Positions 18,502 through 28,566 of a stretch of 64,000 nt of DNA are shown piece after piece (positions within the stretch are counted from its first letter, which is position 1; every line of letters begins with the position of its first letter). The notes beneath the pieces are model-generated. The model made no database searches, was not told the DNA's origin, and saw only the letters and a program-made list of their open reading frames with translations. This DNA is from Candidatus Uhrbacteria bacterium (GTDB taxonomy: Bacteria > Patescibacteriota > Patescibacteriia > SG8-24): contig JAFGIV010000005.1 of the NCBI GenBank assembly GCA_016929435.1, positions 23,596-87,595 on the forward strand, read 5' to 3'. Both the position numbers and the translations under genes were made by a program.

Positions 18502-19914
18502 ATGACCAATCATGAGCTTTGGCAGGCGGTATTGGGTGAGCTTGAGCTGAACCTAAGCAAGGCCAACTTCACGACTTGGTTCAGGAATACCGGAATATCC
18601 TCCTTTGGGGACGAGCAGGTGGTCATTAGCGTCCCCAATACCTTCACCAAGGCCTGGTTGGAGAAAAAATACAATGATTCCATCCTGAAATCCATCAGAA
18701 ACGTCAGCGGCAACCAGATAAGGAACTTATCCTATAGGGTCGATGCGCGCCCTGTATCCAAGCAGGTTTCCGAATCCCAGAACCAACAGTCCAATTACGG
18801 GACGCAGACGTCGACGGCCACCGCCATCCGGACCGACGAGAGGGACTTTCCGGAATGCTTTCCGGACACGGCCGCAAAACGGTCCGGTGAGGGGCGGTTG
18901 AACCCCAAATACACCTTTGATACGTTCGTGGTCGGCAAGGGAAACGAGTTGGCCAACGCGGCGGCGGCGGCCGTAGCCGAAAAGCCGGGGATAAAGTACA
19001 ACCCCCTGTTCGTCTATGGCGGTGTCGGACTGGGAAAGACCCATATCCTTCAGGCCATCGGGAACGAGATGACCCGCCATAACCCGGACACCAAGGTGAT
19101 GTACGTCACCTGCGAAAAGTTCACGAACGATTTCATCAGCGCAATCAAACACGGTCACGGCAAGGAATTCAAGGACAACTACCGTAACGTTGACCTCCTT
19201 CTCATAGACGACATCCAGTTCCTCACCGGAAAAGACGGGACACAGGAGGAATTTTTCCATACCTTCAACACGCTCCACGAGGCCAACAAGCAGGTCGTCC
19301 TGACTTCCGATCGCCCGCCGAAACAGATACCTGCCCTTGAACACCGCCTGGTTTCCCGTTTTGAGTGGGGAATGACCGTAGACATATCCAGCCCTGACCT
19401 GGAGACCAGGATCGCCATCCTGGAGACTAAATGCAAGGAAAGGAATTATGACCTTGACCGGGAGATAATCCACCACATTGCCACGGTCATCCAATCGAAT
19501 GTCAGGGAACTGGAAGGGGCACTGAACAAGATAATCGCCTTCCACCAGTTCAAGAACATACGTCCCACGCTTGAGGCGGCCAAATCTCTCCTTTCCAGTT
19601 TTGGGGCGACCCATTCCAAAAAATCCGTTACCCCAAAAACCGTCCTGGACGCCGTCAGCGGATACTTCGACGTCAGTATCCAGGACATGCTCGGTCCAAG
19701 CAGGGAGAAAAAACTGGCCTTTCCCAGGCAGGTGATAATGTTCCTGATGAGGGAGGAGACCAGCATCTCGTACCCCAACATCGGCAAGGAGCTGGGGAAT
19801 CGCGACCACTCGACGGCCATGCACGCCTGCGACAAGATAAGGAAGCAGCTGGAACACGACACCAAACTGCGGCAGGACATTGAGCTTATCCGACAGAGGA
19901 TGTTCAGTGCTTAG
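18502..19914 (+). CDS. dnaA: Chromosomal replication initiator protein DnaA
   Basis: Walker A GGVGLGKTHIL, sensor motifs and a C-terminal HTH (DHSTAMHA). Confidence 0.96.
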   Translation: MTNHELWQAVLGELELNLSKANFTTWFRNTGISSFGDEQVVISVPNTFTKAWLEKKYNDSILKSIRNVSGNQIRNLSYRVDARPVSKQVSESQNQQSNYGTQTSTATAIRTDERDFPECFPDTAAKRSGEGRLNPKYTFDTFVVGKGNELANAAAAAVAEKPGIKYNPLFVYGGVGLGKTHILQAIGNEMTRHNPDTKVMYVTCEKFTNDFISAIKHGHGKEFKDNYRNVDLLLIDDIQFLTGKDGTQEEFFHTFNTLHEANKQVVLTSDRPPKQIPALEHRLVSRFEWGMTVDISSPDLETRIAILETKCKERNYDLDREIIHHIATVIQSNVRELEGALNKIIAFHQFKNIRPTLEAAKSLLSSFGATHSKKSVTPKTVLDAVSGYFDVSIQDMLGPSREKKLAFPRQVIMFLMREETSISYPNIGKELGNRDHSTAMHACDKIRKQLEHDTKLRQDIELIRQRMFSA

Positions 19915-20205
19915 GGAACAAGGGGTCGGCTGTTGAAAACCTGTTGAAATGCGGATAAGCTGACGGGATATTGTTCGGTGCGGCGGTAAAACCTAGGCAA
20001 AACCGCCTAAACCGCCAACACTGTTTCCACACCCATGAAAGACCGGACAGGATGTTTCCCCAAAAGATCCATAAAGGCATCCCATGATCCGAACAGGGAT
20101 ACCGATGAAAAAACCGCTTGGCTCAGCCTTTTTCCCCGACCTATCCCCACTTTCCACACCCCTACCGTTACCACTACATAAATTACTAACCCTAGTTGAA
20201 CCGCT
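19915..20205. promoter_or_regulatory. dnaA-dnaN intergenic region with weak DnaA-box-like motifs
   Basis: TTTCCACAC appears twice. It is an alternative oriC location, as in many bacteria. Confidence 0.3.
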
Positions 20206-21366
20206 GTGAAATTCTCCTGCACCCAAGAAAACCTGAACCAGGGACTGTCCGTGGTCAGCCACATCGCCGGGAAGAACATCAATCTCCCGATATTGGGCAA
20301 TGTACTGGTTCAGAGCGGTGAGAACCGCATTCTCCGTTTCATGACCACCAACCTGGAGATCGCAATCAACTGCACCGTCCGCGGAAAGGTGGAGGAACCC
20401 GGGGAATTCACCATTCCCTCCAGGCTGTTTTCCGACTACGTTTCCCTGCTTCCCAAGGAAAGGGTGGATGTCGTTCAGGAAGACAATTCGGTAACCGTTT
20501 CCTGCGGGACATACCAGACCAAAATGAATGGGATTCCGGCCTCGGAATTTCCGCTTATCCCGTCCGTCGAAAGGAAACAGAGGTTTCGCCTGAAGGTGGG
20601 GAATTTTCGGCGTTCGGTGGGCCAGGTCCTGTTCGCCGTCGCGCCCAACGAGTCGCGTCCGGAGATTAGCGGTGTCCTTTTCCGTTTTACGTCCGGAAAG
20701 GGAAACCCGAGACTCGTTCTTGCCGCCACGGACAGCTATAGGCTGGCGGAAAAGTCCATTCCCCTTTCCGCGGAAGGTTTTGCGGGCATCGGGGATGACC
20801 TGACGGTCATAGTTCCGTCCCGGACGGTTTCGGAGGTGGTCCGCATCCTGGGCCTTTTCAGGGACGGTATCGGGCTGGATGAGAACCTGGAGATTGGGAT
20901 GGGCGACAACCAGGTGGTTTTCAGCTACGATAACGTCGAGATAACCTCCCGCGTGATTGAGGGCCGTTACCCCGACTATCGCCAGCTGATACCGGAATCG
21001 TGCGAAACAGATTCCGTAATCAGGAAGGATGACCTTCAGAGGGCCGTTAAGACCGCCAGTCTTTTTTCCAAGGTCGGACTGAACGATGTCCGGCTTGAGT
21101 TCAATCAGGACCGGGGAATACACCTCAGTTCGGTCAATTCCCAGACAGGCGAACACGCCGTTGATTTGGAGGGCAAGGTAAAAGGCAAGGATAACGGCGT
21201 TACCCTTAACTTCAAGTATTTTCTTGACGGTATAGGAAACATAGAGAGCGATACGGTCGCCGTTCAGATGGTGGACGGAAACAGCCCGGTGGTTATACGC
21301 CCAGTTTCCGAATCCGGGGATGTTTCCGACGATTACCTTTACATCATCATGCCGATCAGGCAGTAG
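20206..21366 (+). CDS. dnaN: DNA polymerase III beta sliding clamp
   Basis: GTG start; MKFSCTQENL... with three-domain clamp architecture. Confidence 0.93.
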   Translation: MKFSCTQENLNQGLSVVSHIAGKNINLPILGNVLVQSGENRILRFMTTNLEIAINCTVRGKVEEPGEFTIPSRLFSDYVSLLPKERVDVVQEDNSVTVSCGTYQTKMNGIPASEFPLIPSVERKQRFRLKVGNFRRSVGQVLFAVAPNESRPEISGVLFRFTSGKGNPRLVLAATDSYRLAEKSIPLSAEGFAGIGDDLTVIVPSRTVSEVVRILGLFRDGIGLDENLEIGMGDNQVVFSYDNVEITSRVIEGRYPDYRQLIPESCETDSVIRKDDLQRAVKTASLFSKVGLNDVRLEFNQDRGIHLSSVNSQTGEHAVDLEGKVKGKDNGVTLNFKYFLDGIGNIESDTVAVQMVDGNSPVVIRPVSESGDVSDDYLYIIMPIRQ

Positions 21367-21382
21367 GAAAAAATCACAGCGA

Positions 21383-21415
21383 AACAAAACACCCCGATAA
21401 GGGGGTGTTTTGTTT
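21383..21415. terminator. Bidirectional intrinsic terminator between dnaN and the PBP1A gene
   Basis: AAACAAAACACCCC-gataa-GGGGGTGTTTTGTTT. Confidence 0.75.
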
Positions 21416-21438
21416 ATGGTGATTGGGCCTGCCTATCC

Positions 21439-24291
21439 CTAATTCGTGACCCAAACCGACATCTCTTGCATTTGGACAGTCCCGTCGTTTAGGGTAATTT
21501 TGGCCGTTATCCGGTAGGTTCCGGATTGGGTCGGGGGCCTTTTCCAGGTGAAGGTCAGGTTGGGCAATGCGGGGTTCCTGACGGTACCTATCATTTCCAC
21601 TGTCCCACTGCCGTTACTGACGGCCGATAGGCTGAATTCGGATATTGCCCGGTGTTCATCCAGCCTGATCGTTATGGGGTAGGGGAAGTCGCTCGAATGG
21701 AGTCGGGAATTCTGGTTGAGGTTTAGCCAGTATATCCCTATCGGACCAGGATCGGCGACCAGGTTTATGGTTATTGCCCGGGATTCGTTCCGGTTTCCGA
21801 CGTCATCATAGGCCTTGGCGGTCAGTTGCCTGTAGCCCTTACCGAAACGGTTGGGGACAGTGGCTAACCCGCCGAACGGGGAGGAATCGAATGTCGCCAT
21901 TACCTCGCCGTCCAGAAGGTATTCCACGCTCCTGATGCCCCTGGGAGCCGAGGCCTGGACCGAAAGGTAAACTTGCCTGTCTGTCCACGTGGAACCGTTC
22001 TGGGGGGCAGTTATCGATACCGTAGGGGTGTTTTCCGGGGTGTGAACGTCGTCTTTTTCGGTTGGTGGCGGCCTGAGCGTGATTCCCTCCCTTTCTGCCC
22101 ATGCCGTAACCCCTTCCTCCCACCGGTAATATTGCGGGTCAACGGAAGGGTCGGCCGGCGGTTCCCCCCTGGGGTCACCCCTATCGACAAAATGGAGTAT
22201 GGAATGAGGGGATGAGAATTCCATTTCCTCAACCATGTCCTCCGGCGTGTTTTCCGTTGCCAGCTTTCCGCTGACCTTGTCTATCCTGACCGTCATTGAT
22301 GTGGAAGGTTGGCCGTCCAATACCGGTTTTCCGGTTACCGTTGGCTCGGGCGGAACGAATGCCTCTATAGGCGTGCCTTCCAGGGCCGTTTTCATGAAAA
22401 CGTTCCATATCGGGGCGGCCACCCGGCTGGAATCCGCCCCTGGTTTCATTTCCGTCCCGTTCGAGTTTCCTACCCATACTCCGGACAGGAGGGAAGGGGT
22501 ATATCCGACCGTCCAGGCATCCTTGAACCGGTTGGTGGTTCCAGTTTTGGCGGCTACCGGACGGTTACCGAGTGTCAGGTGGTTGTTTTCCCCGAAGATG
22601 TAGGCCCTGGAGGCGTTATCGGACAGTATGGAGGTTATTTGTCTGGCGGTCTGTGCGGAAACCACCCTCCTGGCCGGGACGGTCTCCGAGTCGTCCAGGA
22701 CAGTCTTTCCGTCCGTGTCCTCCACCCTGACTATCAGTTTGGCCGGTCGAAATTCCCCGTCCTGCGGGAATACGGAAAAGGCGTTGATGTGCTCGAACGG
22801 GTAGACTTCCCCCCCGCCCAGGACCAGGGACAGGCCGAGTCGTCCCGGGTCGTTTAGGGTGGTGTACCCGAACCTCTCTGAATATTCGGCGAAAGCCCTC
22901 ATTCCGACAAGGTATAGGGCCTTCACTGCCGGGATGTTCAGGGATCCGGCCAGGGCCTGTCGGATGGTGACAGGTCCGCGTTCCAAGCCGTCGTAGTTGC
23001 TCGGCCGGTATTCCGTTGAGAATTCCGTGTCCACGTCATAAAGCACGGTATCCGGGGTGTACCCCCTTTCGAAGGCAGCGGCGTAGACGATCGGCTTGAT
23101 GGACGATCCTGGTTGGAGATACCCAAATATGTGGTTGAACTTTCCGTTATGCTCGTCATCGAAATAGTCGGCTGATCCGACCATTGCCATAACCTCGCCG
23201 TTTTTGGGGTTCATGGCCATGAGGGCGGCGTTCGACCCCCCCCACTTCTCAATGTTCTCCATGTTGTCCAAAATCGCCCTTTCCGCCTTTTCCTGCATTC
23301 CGGCATCCAGGGTGGTGATGACCTTCAGACCGCCGGATTCGGCCTGGTCACCGAATTTTTCCGCCAGTATTTCCCGGACCAGGAAAACGAAATGGGGGGC
23401 AATGATGTTGTCTATCCTCGGTTGGAGCCTGGAAAGGACATCGTCCGACTTGGCCCCATCCGCCTCATCCCTTGTCGCCATACCCAACTCGACCATGGTT
23501 TCGATCACGAAATGCGACCGGTCAACCAGCTCCTTGCGGTGGTTTCCGAACGGCGCATAGTAGGTCGATGCCTTCGGGATGGAGGCCAGCAGCGCGGCTT
23601 CTGATAGGGTAAGGTCCAGGGACGGTTTTCCGAAATAGCTTTGGGAGGCCGACTCTATCCCGTAGATCACCGAACCGTAGGGAATCTCGTTAAGGTACAT
23701 TTTCAGGATTTCGTCCTTGGTGAACCGCCTTTCCATCTCTATCGACAGCACCAGTTCCTTAGCCTTCCTGGTGTAGGTTTTTTCCTTGGTCAGCATGGAA
23801 AGCTTCACCAGCTGTTGGGTAATGGTCGATCCGCCCTCGCCGCGGATGGTCCTGTTGAGGGTATTTTTCAGCAATGCCCGCAGGAACCCCTTTACGGAAA
23901 AGCCGTTATGGACGTAGAAATTCCTGTCTTCGGCGGCAATGGTGGCGTTTATGAGGTGGGGGGAGATTCTGTCCAGCCCCACAACCGTCCGTTTCTGGTC
24001 ACCGTGGATCTCGTACAGGACGATTTCCCCGGTCCGGTCGAATATGCGGGTTGTCTGGGGCGGGTTTTGGAATTTGATGTTGTTGGGGTCAGGAAGGTCC
24101 TTGGCCAACCAGGCGAACGTTACGGCAGCGGTCACCAGTCCCGCTAAAGTCATTGCCGCCAATACGGTAACGGCCGTAAGCAGGTAATGCCTGGGGCGTC
24201 GCCCACCCTTTCCGTAGCCCCTTAAGGCAAACCTCCGGGAAAACGTCTTCCGCATCCCCCTGTCGATTATGTTATCCAGTCTTTTTTTCAT
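21439..24291 (-). CDS. Class A penicillin-binding protein (PBP1A-type transglycosylase/transpeptidase) with a C-terminal Ig-like extension
   Basis: Transglycosylase motifs EDRNFYVHNGF and GGSTITQQLVK. Transpeptidase motifs SSIKP and KTGTT. About 250 aa of beta-rich C-terminal repeats. Confidence 0.93.
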   Translation of the reverse strand: MKKRLDNIIDRGMRKTFSRRFALRGYGKGGRRPRHYLLTAVTVLAAMTLAGLVTAAVTFAWLAKDLPDPNNIKFQNPPQTTRIFDRTGEIVLYEIHGDQKRTVVGLDRISPHLINATIAAEDRNFYVHNGFSVKGFLRALLKNTLNRTIRGEGGSTITQQLVKLSMLTKEKTYTRKAKELVLSIEMERRFTKDEILKMYLNEIPYGSVIYGIESASQSYFGKPSLDLTLSEAALLASIPKASTYYAPFGNHRKELVDRSHFVIETMVELGMATRDEADGAKSDDVLSRLQPRIDNIIAPHFVFLVREILAEKFGDQAESGGLKVITTLDAGMQEKAERAILDNMENIEKWGGSNAALMAMNPKNGEVMAMVGSADYFDDEHNGKFNHIFGYLQPGSSIKPIVYAAAFERGYTPDTVLYDVDTEFSTEYRPSNYDGLERGPVTIRQALAGSLNIPAVKALYLVGMRAFAEYSERFGYTTLNDPGRLGLSLVLGGGEVYPFEHINAFSVFPQDGEFRPAKLIVRVEDTDGKTVLDDSETVPARRVVSAQTARQITSILSDNASRAYIFGENNHLTLGNRPVAAKTGTTNRFKDAWTVGYTPSLLSGVWVGNSNGTEMKPGADSSRVAAPIWNVFMKTALEGTPIEAFVPPEPTVTGKPVLDGQPSTSMTVRIDKVSGKLATENTPEDMVEEMEFSSPHSILHFVDRGDPRGEPPADPSVDPQYYRWEEGVTAWAEREGITLRPPPTEKDDVHTPENTPTVSITAPQNGSTWTDRQVYLSVQASAPRGIRSVEYLLDGEVMATFDSSPFGGLATVPNRFGKGYRQLTAKAYDDVGNRNESRAITINLVADPGPIGIYWLNLNQNSRLHSSDFPYPITIRLDEHRAISEFSLSAVSNGSGTVEMIGTVRNPALPNLTFTWKRPPTQSGTYRITAKITLNDGTVQMQEMSVWVTN

Positions 24292-24303
24292 CTGGTTTGG
24301 CGT

Positions 24304-25242
24304 TTAGGATGCGTTATCGGAAGCCATAATGGCCGCACCGATTACGTTGGCGTCCGTACCCAGCAATGACCGGGTTATCTTGGTTTTCAGCAGGGGGCGG
24401 TAGGGGACGGCTTTGCGAAATTCTGACTTGGCTTCAGCCAGCAGCCCGTGAACCGAATTCAAACCCCCGCCGACGACAATTATCTCCGGGTTGATGACCT
24501 GGGCGATTGCCGCCAGGCCCATACCCAACCAATACCCCGTCTCCAGGATCGATTCCCTGGCGAAAGGATCCCCCTTCCGGGATTTTTCCGAAATTTCCTT
24601 GGGGGTGTTTTCCTGACCGGTCTTTTCCAGGTAGCGGCGGACAATGGCCCTCCCCGAAACCAGTGATTCCAAATGGCCGTTCATTCCGCACGGGCAGGCC
24701 GGCCCGTTTTTTCCGCTGACCGTCATGTGCCCGATTTCCCCGGCCCCGTTGTCGTGGCCGCGGAAAACCGCACCGTTCAGCACGAGACCGCTTCCGACCC
24801 CTGTCCCTATCGTCAGGCCAACCATGTCCCCCAACCCCTTTCCGGCCCCGTGGCAGTGTTCGCCCAAGGCAAAACAGCGGGCATCGTTATCAACGGTTAC
24901 CGGTCGACCGTACCTTTTCCTTACCATTCCGGCGATGTCCGCATTGTCCCATGACTTGGGCAGGTTGGGCCCCCTAATCAGCTTCCCCTTACGGAAATCG
25001 ACCATTCCGGCGATTCCGACCCCAATGGCCGAAGCTTGCCTGTCCCAAACCGAATCAATGGCCTCAAACATCCTGGAAACGGACATTTTTCCAGTTTTGG
25101 GGTCAACAGTCGGGATGGATATCGATTTTAGGACGGTTCCGCGTGAATTTACCAGTCCGGATTTGATTTTGGTTCCCCCGAAATCAACCCCAATAAACAG
25201 TTTTTTGCCCATATTGCGGCCAAAATTAGATTTCTCCTCCAA
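24304..25242 (-). CDS. ROK-family sugar kinase (glucokinase-like); the start is uncertain between the TTG at 25242 and the ATG at 25212
   Basis: FIGVDFGGTKIKSGLV, zinc-binding CxCGxxGHLE (CPCGMNGHLE) and the ExGH motif. Confidence 0.88.
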   Translation of the reverse strand: MEEKSNFGRNMGKKLFIGVDFGGTKIKSGLVNSRGTVLKSISIPTVDPKTGKMSVSRMFEAIDSVWDRQASAIGVGIAGMVDFRKGKLIRGPNLPKSWDNADIAGMVRKRYGRPVTVDNDARCFALGEHCHGAGKGLGDMVGLTIGTGVGSGLVLNGAVFRGHDNGAGEIGHMTVSGKNGPACPCGMNGHLESLVSGRAIVRRYLEKTGQENTPKEISEKSRKGDPFARESILETGYWLGMGLAAIAQVINPEIIVVGGGLNSVHGLLAEAKSEFRKAVPYRPLLKTKITRSLLGTDANVIGAAIMASDNAS

Positions 25243-25279
25243 GCCTCCCTATATGTCCTATCCTTAATTTATATACAAT

Positions 25280-25366
25280 TTATCCACTATTATCAATAAG
25301 CTTGAATTTGGGGCCTGTTTTGTGGTTTGGGGATAACATGTGGGGCTTATCCATATTTTATCCACA
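25280..25366. promoter_or_regulatory. Cluster of four DnaA-box-like 9-mers
   Basis: TTATCCACT (25280-88), TTATCCCCA on the minus strand (~25326-36), TTATCCATA (25347-55), and a perfect TTATCCACA (25358-66), in an AT-rich stretch. Confidence 0.4.
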
Positions 25367-25471
25367 CCTTATCTGTTGTTTTTCCTTTAGTCATTCCCTC
25401 CGCAACGGTTGGGGTTTTTTGGAAGGGGACTGGAAACGTCCGAAACGGTATCGTGGTATCATTAATACGCT

Positions 25472-26941
25472 ATGACACCTCAAGTTACCAAAGCCGGTTC
25501 GGTCAGGTTTTTCTTGAAACGAAACTGGCAGGTCATCTATGCCGTCATCCTGATCGTCCTGATTCCCGTAACGGTGGTGACGAACACCTTTTTCATAGTC
25601 AGCCGTTTTCGGAAGACGGTCGATGTTGAGCTCCAGCGGACCGCCCTGATCATCGGAAGGATGGTAAACATCACCGTCCAGGAATCGTTCGGGGACACGG
25701 CGGCCCTCCAGGAGAGGCTAATGACGGTGTCTGAGGCCGTTCCGGAGGTCAGGACAATGGACATACTTTCCCGGGAAGGGGATGACTTTAGGGTGGTCGC
25801 CAGTACGGACAGATCGGCGATCGGAAGGCTGGCGCACGGGCAGCAGAACGTGCTTTCCTGGTACGATACCCGACCGATCGCCTACCTGACCCGGAGCGGG
25901 CGATCGGCCGGCATGGACGACAGGCTTACCGCCCAGGAAACGAGGGGCAGCGAAAGGTTTTGGGGCGTGGTCATGCCCCTGACCGATGCGGACGGCGAGC
26001 GCCAATACCTGCTGTCGGCCAAGATGTCTTTGGGGCTGATGGATAGCCTGGTCCGGTCCAACCTTCTCTGGTCCTATATCTGGCTGGCCATCACCGTCCT
26101 GATGATAATACTGGTTTTGGCCTCCAATACCCGACTGTTCGAATACGCCATCCTGTTCCGGAAACTGAAGGAAGTGGACAAGATGAAGGACGACTTCATT
26201 TCCATGGCTTCCCACGAGCTGAGGGCCCCGATCACCGCCATTCGCGGATACCTTTCCCTTTTTCTGGAGGGCGCCTTCGGGAAGATGGAGGAGAAGCCGA
26301 AGGAGGTCATGAACACCACCCTCCACATCGCCAACCACCTGTCCGGATTGGTGGAGGATCTCCTGGACGTTTCCCGCATCGAGCAGGGTAGGATGGGGAT
26401 GGAATACGAGGACGTTCAGGTGGAGGGCCTGATTACGGAAATAGTCGAGCAGCTTCGTTTCGAGGCCGAAAGGAAAGGGCTGTCTTTCGGCTGTGTCCGG
26501 CCGGAAACCCCGCTTCCGCCCATCCGCATCGACCGTTCCCGGATGAAACAGGTCCTCATCAACATATGTTCCAACGCCATAAAGTACACCCCCAAGGGCA
26601 GCGTGACGGTCACCTCGGTCCTGGACGGAAACGGCAGGGTGGAGATCAGGGTGACCGATACTGGTGTGGGCATGTCTTCGGAAGCCAGGGAGAGGCTGTT
26701 CCAGAAGTTCTATCGGGTTAAGACCGAGGAGACCAGGGATATTCCGGGAACTGGGCTGGGGCTATGGATAACCAAGCAGATCGTGGAGATCATGGGAGGG
26801 AAGGTGTTCGTGGATTCCATTGAGGGGATAGGTACCCAGGCCAGCGTGGTCTTTCCTGTTTCCGGTTCGGTCCGGGATTTAGGGCAGGGGGATGTGGGGG
26901 AAACGGATGTCCCGAAAGGGCCGGATGACGACCTGATCTGA
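25472..26941 (+). CDS. Sensor histidine kinase
   Basis: Two TM segments flanking an extracytoplasmic sensor region. HisKA H-box SHELRAPITAIRGY; HATPase N, G1 and G2 boxes (NAIKYT, DTGVGM, GTGLGL). Confidence 0.9.
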   Translation: MTPQVTKAGSVRFFLKRNWQVIYAVILIVLIPVTVVTNTFFIVSRFRKTVDVELQRTALIIGRMVNITVQESFGDTAALQERLMTVSEAVPEVRTMDILSREGDDFRVVASTDRSAIGRLAHGQQNVLSWYDTRPIAYLTRSGRSAGMDDRLTAQETRGSERFWGVVMPLTDADGERQYLLSAKMSLGLMDSLVRSNLLWSYIWLAITVLMIILVLASNTRLFEYAILFRKLKEVDKMKDDFISMASHELRAPITAIRGYLSLFLEGAFGKMEEKPKEVMNTTLHIANHLSGLVEDLLDVSRIEQGRMGMEYEDVQVEGLITEIVEQLRFEAERKGLSFGCVRPETPLPPIRIDRSRMKQVLINICSNAIKYTPKGSVTVTSVLDGNGRVEIRVTDTGVGMSSEARERLFQKFYRVKTEETRDIPGTGLGLWITKQIVEIMGGKVFVDSIEGIGTQASVVFPVSGSVRDLGQGDVGETDVPKGPDDDLI

Positions 26942-27033
26942 TGTTTTGGTATAGGGGCCTGTTTGGCATAAAACGCCCGCCAGCCAAAACGGCTTGCGGG
27001 CACCCTTGTCTTTGTTCCGGCCGGACCGAGGCG

Positions 27034-28092
27034 TCAGCGGGGCGTTTGGGCATGGGGAGCCCTGTCTTTACGCATCAGTTCCCTGGCCGTTTCCCACATC
27101 TCCGGTCGGTCATGCTGCCTTAGCCAGTACCACCACTCCACTCCCCAGAGATAGGCCTCGTCCATACCCATTCTCCTGGCGAACGAGACGTTGGACATTA
27201 GGCGCTTGGGATCCATGATGTCCGTCTGCCTGTCCAGGGGGATGTTCTCGATCGGCCCATCGGTCCACGGTTCGGCCTGGAGCTCGCTGATGATTGTCTT
27301 TCGGACCAGCGGACCGATCGCCTCGGCTCGGTGGCGGTAGGAGTTTGGGGTAACCGGCCAGTACAGGTTACCGAAGTACCGTGACCACACTACCCGGTAG
27401 GTGCTGATCCCAAGGATGTCCGCCAGGCCGGCGGCCCTGACCCAGGTGGAAAGCTCCCCGGATTCCGTGACCATCACCGGGCGGGCGTCAAGGGATTTAA
27501 CCAGCGATATCTCCTGCTTTAGGAAATCGGCATCCGGTTTCGGACATTCCCCGAACGGGAAGAAAGGCTCGTTTTCCACCTGCCAGACTGTGACTGTCGG
27601 GTTGTCGCGGTATCTGATGACCGTAGCCTCCATGGCCTTGAGCAGACGCTGCCGGATCACTTCCTCGGGGAGGTATTTGGCCCATTCCGGAACGTGACAT
27701 TCCGGCCAACGCGGCAGCTTCCGGCCGATCGCCAGGATCACCGTTCCCTGCCGTTTGGATATTTCCTCCAGTTGCCAGTCCAAAACGGAAAAGTCGTAGG
27801 ACCACGGTTCAGGCTCCAGCTCGTCCCAATAGGCCGGTATCCTCCAATGGATTATGCCCAATTCGTCCATCGAGTCGGTAAGGGCGGTTTTCCAGTCCAA
27901 CCCGAGCTGTTCGGCGTAAGGCTTGGAAAAGGTGGCCCCAAAGGTGACCGGCCGCTCCTCCAGACCAAGGTTGAGGGCAATTGCCCTGACCAGCAACAGG
28001 CCAAGGGCCAGGGACAGGAAAAATGCCGTCCAAACCGCTGTCCGCCTCCCTTGCCGAAACCACCCCCTTATTTTTTGTATGGCTCCCCGCAT
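27034..28092 (-). CDS. Membrane-anchored glycoside hydrolase-like TIM-barrel protein (GH5/GH113-like)
   Basis: N-terminal TM; VWQVENEPF is the typical NEP catalytic acid/base motif of clan GH-A enzymes. The family is uncertain. Confidence 0.6.
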   Translation of the reverse strand: MRGAIQKIRGWFRQGRRTAVWTAFFLSLALGLLLVRAIALNLGLEERPVTFGATFSKPYAEQLGLDWKTALTDSMDELGIIHWRIPAYWDELEPEPWSYDFSVLDWQLEEISKRQGTVILAIGRKLPRWPECHVPEWAKYLPEEVIRQRLLKAMEATVIRYRDNPTVTVWQVENEPFFPFGECPKPDADFLKQEISLVKSLDARPVMVTESGELSTWVRAAGLADILGISTYRVVWSRYFGNLYWPVTPNSYRHRAEAIGPLVRKTIISELQAEPWTDGPIENIPLDRQTDIMDPKRLMSNVSFARRMGMDEAYLWGVEWWYWLRQHDRPEMWETARELMRKDRAPHAQTPR

Positions 28093-28143
28093 GTCCTGAT
28101 TATATCACGGCGCTTACGGCAATCGCGCCGCTACCCAAAATTC

Positions 28144-28172
28144 TTGACGGTTTTTCTGGAATCGGGTAACAT
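28144..28172 (+). promoter_or_regulatory. Sigma70-like promoter for rpsT (TTGACG, 17-bp spacer, TAACAT)
   Basis: Hexamer match with correct spacing, ~30 bp upstream of the S20 start. Confidence 0.45.
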
Positions 28173-28201
28173 CCCTATTGTTCGCATAAGTAAGGTATAA
28201 T

Positions 28202-28483
28202 ATGCCAAACAAGAAATCGGCTTCCAAAGCCCTGCGTCAGTCCGAAAAGCGGTCCGTAAGGAACCGCAACGTCAAGGATTCCATCACCTACGGGCGTCGG
28301 ATGCTTCGGAAGGCCATGGAGAGCAATGACATCCCGAAGGCCCAGGAATTGGCCAAAAGTGTCGTTAAGGGAGTGGATAAGGCTGTCCAGAACAAGGTGG
28401 TGAAGAAAAACACCGGCAGCCGAATCAAGTCCCGGACCGTCAAGGCCCTGAATCGCCTGGTTGCGGAACCGAAGGGAAAGTAA
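28202..28483 (+). CDS. rpsT: 30S ribosomal protein S20
   Basis: MPNKKSASKALRQSEKRSVRNR...; 93 aa, basic. Confidence 0.92.
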   Translation: MPNKKSASKALRQSEKRSVRNRNVKDSITYGRRMLRKAMESNDIPKAQELAKSVVKGVDKAVQNKVVKKNTGSRIKSRTVKALNRLVAEPKGK

Positions 28484-28513
28484 GCAAAAGCCGGAATCGG
28501 CGCACGTGCCTGT

Positions 28514-28558
28514 GCCCCGTTGCCGAAAGGCGGCGGGGTTTGCTTTTGGTGTTTTTCG
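28514..28558. terminator. Intrinsic terminator between rpsT and holA
   Basis: CCCCG...CGGGG stem followed by TTTGCTTTTGGTGTTTTT. Confidence 0.6.
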
Positions 28559-28566
28559 TAACCCCC

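Noticed and set aside
18727-19857. 376-aa minus-strand ORF inside dnaA
   Set aside because: It is antisense to dnaA; a high-GC artefact.
19993-21387. 464-aa minus-strand ORF covering dnaN
   Set aside because: It is antisense to the sliding-clamp gene, and its translation has no domain-like features.
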